32,000 nt of DNA from Methylorubrum extorquens (GTDB lineage Bacteria > Pseudomonadota > Alphaproteobacteria > Rhizobiales > Beijerinckiaceae): contig LT962688.1 in the NCBI GenBank assembly GCA_900234795.1, forward strand, positions 5,460,001 through 5,492,000, in the 5' to 3' direction. Below the pieces are notes generated by a model, which saw nothing but the letters and a program-made list of their open reading frames with translations, ran no database searches and was not told the DNA's origin. Shown here one piece after another: positions 9,247 to 17,414 of the stretch. Position 1 is the stretch's first letter. Every line of letters begins with the position of its first letter. Made by a program: the position numbers and the translations under genes.

Positions 9247-10093
9247 GAGTTAGGGACAAAACCGTTTAACCTGTTTGTGGCAGATGAGGGCGCAGGCGAG
9301 GGTCGTGAAGGCGAGATGGAGGACGGCGCGCCGCTCGTAGCGGATGGCAAGTCGTCGGAAGCGAGCCAGCCGCGCCAACGTCCGCTCCACGATCCAGCGG
9401 TAGCGTCCCAGATGCTCGCTGCTCTCGATGCCACGGCGCGCGATCCGGGGTATGATGCTGCGGGCTCGGCACTCTCGTCGGCAGCAGCGATGATCGTAGC
9501 CCTTATCGGCGTGCAGCTTGACCGGTCTGCGCCGCGGGCGACCGCGCCGGCCGGTGCGCACGCCCGGCACTGCGTCGAGAGTCGCTGCCAGCATGCGGCT
9601 GTCATGGCAGTTGGCGCTGGTGAGCGTCAGGCCGAGTGGCGTGCCGTTGGCGTCCACGACGAGGTGGCGCTTCGTGCCCGGCTTGCCCCGGTCCGTCGGG
9701 TTCGGGCCCGTCGCAGCGCCCCTTTTTCGCAGGTAGGCTGGCGCTGTCGAGAGCCGCCCGCGACCAATCGAGCGCATCGGCATCTTGAAGCCGCTCCAGC
9801 ATCACGCGATGCAACGCAGCCTAGAACCCGGCCGCATGCCATGCGCCGAGCCGCCGCCAATTCGTGTTGCCGCTGCAGCCTACCTCGGAACGCGGCAGAT
9901 GCTTTCACTGCATGCCCGTGCGCAGCACCAAGAGGATGCCGGCCAGCGCTGCCCGGTCCGTGACACAAGGCCGGCCACCCTGCGGCTTCTCAGGCTCAGG
10001 TGGCAGAAGCGGCGCGACCACCGCCCAGAGATCGTCGGGTACGAGGGCATCCATGCCCTTCCAACCCGCTCATATCGGTTTTGTCCCACACTC
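9247..10093 (-). mobile_element. IS5-family (IS427-group-like) element, degenerate copy
   Basis: Imperfect 18-bp terminal IRs match at 16/18: GAGTTAGGGACAAAACCG at 9247 and GAGTGTGGGACAAAACCG (reverse complement) ending at 10093. Flanked by direct TAA (9244-9246 and 10094-10096). At ~850 bp the size is typical of this group. Confidence 0.8.
9250..10054 (-). pseudogene. IS5-family transposase pseudogene
   Basis: The N-terminal frame from ATG 10054 (MDALVPDDLWAVVAPLLPPEPEKPQGGRPCVTDRAALAGILLVLRTGMQ*K...AAGF*AALHRVMLERL...) carries two in-frame stops where Trp is expected (TGG->TGA and TGG->TAG). The DDE part (track ORF 9250..9783, ...GPNPTDRGKPGTKRHLVVDANGTPL...ADKGYD...) is in the +1 frame relative to it, at CGAAAAAGGGGC (~9718-9729). 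Confidence 0.8.
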
Positions 10094-10141
10094 TAAGTGA
10101 TGAGACGTATGCTGCAGCTCTCAGCACGTGGGGCGAGGCGA

Positions 10142-10556
10142 TGACCTGACCGGCTGGCTTTGGACCGGGCTGATTGAGAGGATCAGCCTGGATCAGAGGA
10201 GTTGGGGATGAAGCGAGGACGGAGGCCGAGCGCGGAGCAGGTGGTGCTGAAGCTGCGCCAGATCGAGGTACAGACGGCGCAAGGCAAGAGCATCGCTATC
10301 GCGTGCAAGGAGGCGGATGTCTCCGAGCAGAGCTTCGTGACGAGTGCCTACGCCAGGAGATCTTCTACTCGCCGAGAGAAGCCCAGATCGTGATTGGCCT
10401 ATGGCAGAACACCTACAACCGTGTCCGGCCGCATTCGTCGTTGGGCTACCGGCCGCCCGCGCCTGCCAGCTTCCCGGATCTGGCCTTCCGGCTACCCATG
10501 GCCACTACCATGCAGTAGCCTCCCATCTGGCCCGGTCCAAAATACCGGTCAGGTCA
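10142..10556 (+). mobile_element. 415-bp internally deleted (miniature) IS3-family element, copy B
   Basis: Same architecture and same deletion junction as 2728..3142. My hand alignment gives 415/415 positions colinear with no indels and 23 substitutions, all internal. IRL is at 10142 (TGACCTGACCGGCTGGCTTTGGACCGGGC) and IRR ends at 10556. Confidence 0.85.
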
Positions 10557-10845
10557 TCCCTTCCGTACAGCGGCGCCTTGGCGGTGTTCGAGGAGCAGGT
10601 TGTGAGCGTCCCGCGACATGGCGCGTGCTCCAGGAATGACTACCCGGTCTTAGCCGCCCACCTCTAACACGTCAGGAAGAATGCTCCCGGCGACATGTGA
10701 CCTGAGCATGCGGCAAGCTGGCAACACTTAGGGGTTGGTTAATCATGAGCTATAATGCATGCTGCTCGATCAGACATTTAGAGCCGCCTCATGAAGCGCC
10801 TGCCCAACTAAAAGCAGTCAATCTTAAGACGAGCACGGACACGTA

Positions 10846-11757
10846 GTGGCTCTTCGGCGCCAAATGCTAAAAAATGAATTCAATGAGGGCTCTGCATTGC
10901 TTGTACGCCGCCTTACTGCAGGAGGTCTCTCATCCTGTTGCGCCCTGTTGATAGGCCTTGGCATCCTCGCGAGCCCAGCAAGGTCTACTCCGGCTGTCAA
11001 CGTTGATGGGGTGCTGTCCACACTGCCCCTGCCTCCCGACGTTGATCCGCCAACGCAGACAAGTCTGATGGAAGGACTTCCGCTCAAGAAGCTCACTCTT
11101 GGTAAGCCGGTCGCAAACGGAAATCTGCGGTCGGGCTTTGGCATCCGGCGCCATCCGATTCTCCTCTCTTCCAGGATGCACACCGGCGTTGATTGGGCTG
11201 CGCGATTAGGCGCGCCAATTCTCTCCGCCGGTGAGGGGACGGTGCTCTTGGCGGAATGGGCCACAGGCTACGGCCGGCGTGTAGAGATCCAGCATGCGGA
11301 TGGTGTAGTCACTGCATACTCTCACATGTCCCGCTTCAGCACGGACATCGAGCCTGGGGCTCAGGTCCGCCAGGGGCAAGTGATCGGGTTCGTGGGCAGT
11401 ACGGGTCTCTCGACAGGGCCGCATCTTCACTTCGAGGTACTGGTCAACGGCTACTTCGTCGATCCTATGGACATCTATGCGCCGGGGGGGGGCGTTGCGG
11501 CGAGGGTTCAGAAGAAGGCCTCACCCACAAACGGGCGGACTGGCACGGCTCCGGCCGAGCAAATTACAGCATCAGCCGGTTCAGCAGCCCCGCTTGCGCA
11601 GCCCGCCCCGAAGTCGGTTCGGTTAGCGGAGCATACGACCGCCCGGCGGATAGCAGCTGCATCGCTTAAACTGGCTGAGAAGTGGGCTGAGCACGATCGA
11701 AGGATAAGGGCGATTCAGTCGAAGATCACTGCCTCGACACTGATGATCATGCGCTGA
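10846..11757 (+). CDS. M23 family metallopeptidase (LytM domain)
   Basis: Contains GFGIRRHPILLSSRMHTGVDWAA..GAPILSAGEGTV..GYGRRVEIQHADGVVTAYSHMS...VGSTGLSTGPHLHFEV. These are the HxxxD and HxH zinc motifs of peptidase M23. N-terminal hydrophobic signal or anchor. The start is GTG 10846 or ATG 10864. Confidence 0.85.
   Translation: MALRRQMLKNEFNEGSALLVRRLTAGGLSSCCALLIGLGILASPARSTPAVNVDGVLSTLPLPPDVDPPTQTSLMEGLPLKKLTLGKPVANGNLRSGFGIRRHPILLSSRMHTGVDWAARLGAPILSAGEGTVLLAEWATGYGRRVEIQHADGVVTAYSHMSRFSTDIEPGAQVRQGQVIGFVGSTGLSTGPHLHFEVLVNGYFVDPMDIYAPGGGVAARVQKKASPTNGRTGTAPAEQITASAGSAAPLAQPAPKSVRLAEHTTARRIAAASLKLAEKWAEHDRRIRAIQSKITASTLMIMR
11484..11492 (+). repeat. G9 homopolymer inside the M23 peptidase ORF
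   Basis: Counted directly: gcc-ggggggggg-cgtt, read as CCG GGG GGG GGC (PGGG). It lies just downstream of the catalytic domain. Confidence 0.9.
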
Positions 11758-11965
11758 CGGCCCACCGGACGGGCGCAGGGCCGGGAGGATGCTGACGCTC
11801 TGTGCAGCAGGATCCGCGCAGTAGGCGACGTTTGCGTTGTGTTGAGGATTTGAGCTTGGTGTGGAACGCTCTGGCAACGGCAAGGCGCGTCGAAGGGAAC
11901 CCTGTCATGGGAGCGGTCATTCCTGCTGCAGGATGTGGTTGCTGGCGGGAAGGGGAGACGTACCA

Positions 11966-12406
11966 GTGTCCGAAGCAACTCAGGAAGTGCCTGCCTCAGC
12001 GTTGCCAAAACATGACGCGGCGGATGACTTCGCGAGTACGGTTCGCGGGCAGGTGCAGAGCTACGTTGTGAATCGGAAGGTCGATCTCGCTCGGTCCGTC
12101 TCTGATGTTGCAGGAGCCATCCGTGTGAGCAGCTCCGGCTTTGCTGAGCAACCGCACGTGAAGGCCTTTTTCGACAGCGCCGCCGAAGGGATCGAAGAGC
12201 TCTCCGAGGAAATCTCTCGCCGCACGTTCGCCGAGCTCTACGATGAGATCGACGCTGCTGCTCGACGGCGTCCCGGGGTTACATTCGCCGCGGCGGCCCT
12301 TGCTGGCTTCGCGCTCTTCCGCTTCCTGAAGGCATCCAGAATGAGGCCGGTTCCACGTTCGCGTGCGGTGCTGCCGATCGAGGTCTTCCCAACGCCGGAT
12401 CTCTAG
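11966..12406 (+). CDS. hypothetical membrane-anchored protein (C-terminal ...GFALFRFLKAS helix family)
   Basis: GTG 11966 follows GGGGAGA. 146 aa. The C-terminal RRRPGVTFAAAALAGFALFRFLKAS resembles a widespread uncharacterised stress-associated family ending in GFAL.RFLK(S/A)S (from memory). The upstream part of track ORF 11861.. looks non-coding. Confidence 0.6.
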   Translation: MSEATQEVPASALPKHDAADDFASTVRGQVQSYVVNRKVDLARSVSDVAGAIRVSSSGFAEQPHVKAFFDSAAEGIEELSEEISRRTFAELYDEIDAAARRRPGVTFAAAALAGFALFRFLKASRMRPVPRSRAVLPIEVFPTPDL

Positions 12407-13097
12407 AAGCGTCGACGGCCGACCCCGCGCCCAAGCCGGTCCCGAGCCACGTCGGGGCCGCGTTCCTCGAGGCTCAGGAACCCGTGTCCAAGGAGATCGC
12501 CCTTGATCTGGGCCTAGATCAGCGTGACCCTTCACCAACTCAGCATTTAACTGATGCTGTATATGGCGCCAGGCGTGTTCACCGTGGAGAGGCTCGTCGT
12601 GCTGATCCTTGGGCTCGTGAAAGCCCTGGTTGTACTTGCGCGCCATGGATGCTCCTACCCCCCCACCGTTGGCTGAGGCTCCATGAACGGCAAGCCGCAA
12701 GCTTTGCGCTGAGGTGCTCGTCATCTCATAAGGCGAGCGCCACGGATGCTGGTGCTTGAAGCAGTCGCCGCCGGGCTGACGATGCCAGCCCAACCGTGGA
12801 GTAGGGGACCGATCAGCAATCAGCAGTGCTCTCAGACGGATGTCTGTGGCGAGCTCTGAGGGGAAGCAACCTTCCTAAACACAGCGCGTCCCTACCTCGA
12901 CGCCGGGGCAGGTTGCCCCAGTGGCGGGTGTGGAACATGAAACCGTTCACGCGCCCTCGCGGTGGTGAGTGTCTCTATAAGCATCAGCTCCACGAGGGGA
13001 TGGCTGACAGCGGAAAGGCACAGGTTACCTGGTTGGTGGAGAGCGATGGATCGCAACCAGAGCTGCTCTAGTCGGTCCAGATATCACCAGCCTCGAT

Positions 13098-14175
13098 CTA
13101 CCAAATGTCTGAAGCTACACGCCTGGCATGATAAGCACGTCCGCGGGCACGTGCTTCGGCGGTGTGGCTCCGGGCCGTTCTCCCTACTGACACTCCGTTC
13201 GTGATGGTGACCTTGGTTGTGCCTGGGCCCTCGGCTCGAACAAGCATAAACAGCGCGGCAGCATTCGATGGCGCGAGTCGGACGCATCCATGTGACGCCC
13301 GCCGCCCGAGCTGGCGTGTCGCGTTGCTGGCGTGGATCGCGTGCCCGGCAGCTGTGAAGAAGATGGAGTAGGGCATCGGAGCATTGTCCCACTCCCTGGA
13401 GTAGTGCACTTTTTTCTAGACGGAAGGGCTGGAACGTCCCTGCCGGGGTCTTGAAGGGCGCGCGTCCGGTCGAGACCGCCCAGGAGTAGCGCAGCTTCCC
13501 GTCAATCGTCACCCGCATCCGCTGCGTGGCCTTATCGACCGTAATCAGAACTCGTGCGGGAGCCGCAACAGCGGGGTGAGTCATATCGCGAGCCGGCGCA
13601 ACTAGGGGCTGAGGCTGGGCGGGGGGAAGGGTGGCGTTAGCAGCACCGGGTGAGGGGACTGCAGGGAGTGGCGCTCCCGGAGCGCCTAGCTGGATTGGTG
13701 CAGCCCGGATCGAGCTAGTGGTAGGCGCTTCATTGGTGGTGCTGGTCGATGGGTCCGGCGATGGAGCTGCCGCCACAGCACTCCGATTGCCTGCAAGGGC
13801 GTCGGCTTGGGTAGGTTCAGATGTTCCGCTTACGGCACTGCCGGATGCCGTGGATAGGCTGAGCACCTCTGAGGCGGGTGCTGGACCTCGGGACGTCCCC
13901 ACCTGTTCCGCTAACGCATTGGCGGGGACAGTACCAACCGGCGCTGAAGATCTCTGCTGATCAAGCGTCCGCTGCGCGTCCACCTGCGCGGCTTGTTCTG
14001 CCTTCTCCTTGTGCTGTCGCTCTGCTGCCTCCCGTGCGAGCCGCTTTTCTCGCTCGAGGCGATCTCGTTTTGCCTCTTCTAGAACCTTGAGGGGGTCGAC
14101 GAACTGGGCGGAAGCCATGCCGGTGCCGGCTGTAGCAAGCAAGCACGATGCAATCAGCAACTTGGCAACACGCAT
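13098..14175 (-). pseudogene. L,D-transpeptidase (YkuD domain) with one +1 frameshift (or homopolymer error)
   Basis: The N-terminal frame (track ORF 13084..14175) has a signal peptide MRVAKLLIASCLLATAGTGMASA, a charged coiled region, an Ala/Pro/Ser-rich linker and the start of the YkuD domain (ARVLITVDKATQRMRVTIDGKLRYSWAVSTGRAPFKTPAGTFQPFRLEK). The catalytic part continues in another frame (track ORF 13098..13409): VHYSREWDNAPMPYSIFFTAAGHAIHA...SHGCVRL. The break is at T6 13410-13415 (A6 on the coding strand). Five As would give ...FRLEKVHYSREW.... Confidence 0.85.
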
Positions 14176-14326
14176 CGTTCGTTCCCGGCGTCAACACCAC
14201 GCTTGACCGCATCAAGATAATTGCACCCAACGGCCAAGGTTCCAGCCTCGGAAGGGGCAAGGTGATGTCAGAAGCTCTGTGCCAGGGCGACACTTCGGCT
14301 CCGTCTTTGATTCAGGGTGCGTTTTA

Positions 14327-15978
14327 GGCTCTGACTCACTCTCGCTGGTACCAGCGGCGTTGAGTTTGCGGACATCCACGATGGAGCCGCAGCATGCGCC
14401 CCCGCTTCCGGTCGTCGAGCCTCGTACCCGCTGGTTTCGTCGTCGATCATCTCGATAGCGACGCCGACCGGGTCGGTCTGGTCGTGAGATCGGGAGCCGC
14501 GGTGGCGAACTGCCCAGATTGTGGGACGCCTTCGCGTCGCCTCCAAAGCCGCTACCGGCGCCGTGCCGCCGACCTGCCGCTCGGCGGCCGGTGCGTCGAG
14601 CTCCGGGTCGTCGTACGACGCTTTTGGTGTGGCGCAGCTGCCTGCAAGCGGAAGATCTTCGCCGAGCGCTTTCCCGATGACGTCCTGCCCGCCTTCGCGC
14701 GACGCACCTCGCGGCTGGAGCAGATCGTCCATCACCTCGGACTCGCACTCGGTGGTCGGCCCGGTGCGAGCCTCGCCCAGCGCCTCAGGCTGCCTGTCAG
14801 TCGCGATACGCTCCTGCGCGTCATCCGCCGTCGGGCGACCACACGATCCGATCCGCTCGGCGTCATCGGCATCGACGACTGCGCCTGGCGACGCAATCAC
14901 CGCTACGGCACCCTGGTCTGCGATCTCGAACGCCGCCGCATCGTCGCGCTCCTGCCAGACCGCGAGCAGGCCACCGCACAGACTTGGCTGAAGGAGAACG
15001 CCTCGATCCAGATCGTCGCCCGCGATCGTGGTGGCGGATACGGTGAGGCGATCGCCCGCGCTCTGCCGCAGGCTATCCAGGTCGCCGACCGCTGGCACCT
15101 CATGGAGAACGCCAGCCGCGGCTTCGTCGATGCCGTGCGCAGGTCGATGCGTCAGGTTCGCGAGATCATCAGCGCGGCCGCCCTTGATCCGGCGCTCCTC
15201 ACAGCAGCCGAGCGCATCCAGTACGAGGGTTACCTGCGGCGGGAGGAGGCGGACGCGGCCATCCGCGCACTCGCCGAAGCAGGCATTCCGATCCGCCGGA
15301 TCGGCCAGCGCCTGGGCCACAGCCGCAAGGTGGTGCGTGCGGTCCTGCGCGGCGAGCGCACGGACGTCTTCCGGGTCCGACAGAGCTCGCTCGAAGCCTA
15401 TCTGCCCTGGCTCGACGCCCAGTGGGACGCAGGCAGCCGCAATGCGACCGAGATCTGGCGACAGGCGAAGCTGCAGGGCTTCCGTGGATCACTCCGAGTC
15501 GTCGGGGAATGGGCGACGCGACGTCGGCGCGCAGAGGAGGCCAACATCGAGCGGCTTCAGCGCGTGCCGTCGGCGCGAACCTTGGCACGATGGCTGACGA
15601 CCGGTCGCGATCGGTTGACCAAGGCCGAGACGCTGACCGTGGCCACCGTCGAGGACGGGATGCCGGCGCTGGTCGAGGCGCGTGAGGTGGTGGGCGCCTT
15701 CCAGACGATGGTAAGAGCGATGGAGCCTGGCCGGCTCGAAGGATGGCTCAGGCGAGCCGAGGCGAGTCTCGTCGCCTCCTTCGCGCGCGGCATTGGTCGG
15801 GACCGATCCGCAGTTCAGGCCGCGATCACGCTGCCATGGTCGAACGGCCAGACGGAGGGGCAGATCACGAAGCTCAAGCTCGTGAAGCGCCAGATGTACG
15901 GCCGCGGCAAGATCGACCTGCTGCAAGCTCGCCTGATCGGCCTCACCCCTCGATGATCAGCGAGAGTGCGTCTGAGCC
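14327..15978 (+). mobile_element. ISL3-family insertion sequence
   Basis: 21-bp terminal IRs match at 19/21: GGCTCTGACTCACTCTCGCTG at 14327 and GGCTCAGACGCACTCTCGCTG (reverse complement) ending at 15978. They enclose one transposase ORF. No clean 8-bp TSD (flanks gcgtttta and ccttttgg). Confidence 0.8.
14394..15956 (+). CDS. ISL3 family transposase
   Basis: 520 aa with an N-terminal zinc finger (CPDCGTPSRRLQSRYRRRAADLP) and a DDE region (GIDDCAWRRNHRYGTLVCDLERRRIVALLPDRE...VARDRGGGYGEAI...ADRWHLMEN...SNGQTEGQITKLKLVKRQMYGR). Confidence 0.9.
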   Translation: MRPRFRSSSLVPAGFVVDHLDSDADRVGLVVRSGAAVANCPDCGTPSRRLQSRYRRRAADLPLGGRCVELRVVVRRFWCGAAACKRKIFAERFPDDVLPAFARRTSRLEQIVHHLGLALGGRPGASLAQRLRLPVSRDTLLRVIRRRATTRSDPLGVIGIDDCAWRRNHRYGTLVCDLERRRIVALLPDREQATAQTWLKENASIQIVARDRGGGYGEAIARALPQAIQVADRWHLMENASRGFVDAVRRSMRQVREIISAAALDPALLTAAERIQYEGYLRREEADAAIRALAEAGIPIRRIGQRLGHSRKVVRAVLRGERTDVFRVRQSSLEAYLPWLDAQWDAGSRNATEIWRQAKLQGFRGSLRVVGEWATRRRRAEEANIERLQRVPSARTLARWLTTGRDRLTKAETLTVATVEDGMPALVEAREVVGAFQTMVRAMEPGRLEGWLRRAEASLVASFARGIGRDRSAVQAAITLPWSNGQTEGQITKLKLVKRQMYGRGKIDLLQARLIGLTPR

Positions 15979-16265
15979 CCTTTTGGATGCCGATCACACC
16001 CTGCCACGTGGAGGGGGCGGCACCAAGATCGGATCGTCCATCGGCGGGCGAGAGAGAAGGTCGCACAGCTCGGCCCCATTCTCAGGGACCGGGCGACTTC
16101 TTCACACTGGGAACTGTAAGCACATCGAGGTGGTATCGCGCATCATGCACGCGATCGATGCGCATTATGAAATCAGCCTATTTGCTTCATGATGCCGGCG
16201 TCAGCACATTCCTCTTCACGAAGCGGCGGGGACCCGTCGCAACAACGACGAAGAGGCTGAACACG

Positions 16266-16517
16266 ATGTCCAAGCGTATCATCTCGCGCGCCATCACTGG
16301 CCTGACGCTGACCCTTCTCACCACCGCCGCCTTTGCGGGCGAGCCGGCCAGCATCGACAACAGCAAGACGACCGGTGCTCTCGCACTGGAGACCCAGGGT
16401 CTCGCTACCGACACGGGCTCCGTGCACCGCCAGGGCGGCTACGCCCTTCCCGGTGCAGTCCAGTGGCTGAAGGTTCCGGCCAGCGACGAGCGCGTCAAGC
16501 AGGCCGCTGCATTCTAA
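16266..16517 (+). CDS. small secreted hypothetical protein (83 aa)
   Basis: ATG 16266 follows GAAGAGG. The signal peptide is MSKRIISRAITGLTLTLLTTAAFA|GE. The longer track ORF upstream (15966..) crosses the ISL3 end and is not credible. Confidence 0.55.
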   Translation: MSKRIISRAITGLTLTLLTTAAFAGEPASIDNSKTTGALALETQGLATDTGSVHRQGGYALPGAVQWLKVPASDERVKQAAAF

Positions 16518-16788
16518 GGTGGCCGCAAAATAGAACGGCCACGAGAGTCAGAACGAAGGTGCGCGTACATCCGGCGTCACCCCAATCCCGGCATCGTGGC
16601 CGCGTCCGATCAAGCGACAGGATCGCGATCGGCATGCCCCTGAGATGGGGGCGGCATGGTTAACAAACAATGAGCAGCCCCGCCGCCCGATCTGCTCACG
16701 GGCTGGCGGGGCGTGTCGTACTGTTGAGCCAGGGGGGCGTGCAACGCCGACAGGGTCAGCGTTGACTGTCCAGCGACTACGTTCAGGA

Positions 16789-17241
16789 TCAACTTGCGAG
16801 TTTCTGCTCCTGCCTGCGGCTTACCTCAAAGGCCTGTAGATCCAACGCCAAGCTGATAACCTGATCGGATTTCAGTCGGTTCGGCTGCAGCGTTCCGCCG
16901 AACCCGTGCTGCAGATACACTTCTTGAACCTCAGGGGTGCGCATCGCTCCACCCATCGTCCAGTTCGGGAACAGTCGTGCAGGCACGTCGCGCACGTTGA
17001 TGATCGTCGCGGTCGAGTGCCGCGAGTCACGTGCGATACGATTGTATGTATCTGTGACACGAGACCGTTCACCTTCGAGAATTTGGATAAAATAGGTCTT
17101 ATCAAAAATGAGAAAACCTGTAATACCATCGCGGCCATTGTTGCGTTGAGAAGCAGATAGTATTTCACGCATGTTTGAGATCATGCTGCGGCCGCTCTCG
17201 GGTACAGTGTTGTGGCTGTAGTAAACAAGCTGATGTATCAT
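16789..17241 (-). CDS. BLUF domain-containing protein (short stand-alone blue-light FAD sensor)
   Basis: MIHQLVYYSHN...ILSASQRNNGRDGITGFLIFDKTYFIQILEGERSRVTDTYNRIARDSRHS...FPNWTMG. The photocycle Tyr (VYYS), Gln (FIQILEG) and Trp/Met (NWTM) are all present. 150 aa, with noticeably AT-richer codons than its neighbours. Confidence 0.85.
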   Translation of the reverse strand: MIHQLVYYSHNTVPESGRSMISNMREILSASQRNNGRDGITGFLIFDKTYFIQILEGERSRVTDTYNRIARDSRHSTATIINVRDVPARLFPNWTMGGAMRTPEVQEVYLQHGFGGTLQPNRLKSDQVISLALDLQAFEVSRRQEQKLAS

Positions 17242-17414
17242 CGACTCTGCGCCCTAGCCATTACCGTATCGTAATCGTGAAGCATCCTTGATGACACAGC
17301 TTTATCAGAACGTCTCAGATCTATGCGCCACAGAATAGAAATGACATAGAGACACCGAAGGTTCCTGCGTCGCCGCAAATCTACGCTCGAATAAGCTAAT
17401 TCGATGGCATATGA

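Noticed and set aside
2720-10565. Target-site duplications for the mini-IS copies or for the 7.8-kb composite
   Set aside because: The flanks (gaagg / atcac for copy A, ggcga / tccct for copy B) do not match as direct repeats in any combination, including after a hypothetical inversion. No TSD claim is made.
10728-10756. TTAGGG-17 nt-TATAAT promoter-like match upstream of the M23 peptidase gene
   Set aside because: This is a single weak -35 match in an AT-rich spacer. There is no supporting evidence and no reason to expect an E. coli-type consensus in this host.
12554-12676. 40-aa hydrophobic peptide on the plus strand (MLYMAPGVFTVERLVVLILGLVKALVVLARHGCSYPPTVG), antisense to the 12646 start; considered as a type I toxin-like ORF
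   Set aside because: It has no SD. Its GC3 is lower than that of the opposite strand, and its hydrophobicity is easily produced by antisense of a GC3-rich frame. Too speculative.
11996-12793. 265-aa minus-strand ORF, including an internal ATG at 12646 with a strong GGTAGGAG SD and good GC3 for ~27 codons (MARKYNQGFHEPKDQHDEPLHGEHAWR...)
   Set aside because: Most of the ORF is antisense to the well-supported FLKAS-type gene (11966..12406) and translates to Arg-rich nonsense. The first 27 codons may be the remnant of a lost gene, but no coherent protein can be reconstructed.
14268-15320. 350-aa minus-strand ORF and other ORFs inside ISL3 (14212..14748, 15028..15597, 15489..15926)
   Set aside because: They are antisense or out of frame to the clearly homologous ISL3 transposase and have no motifs.
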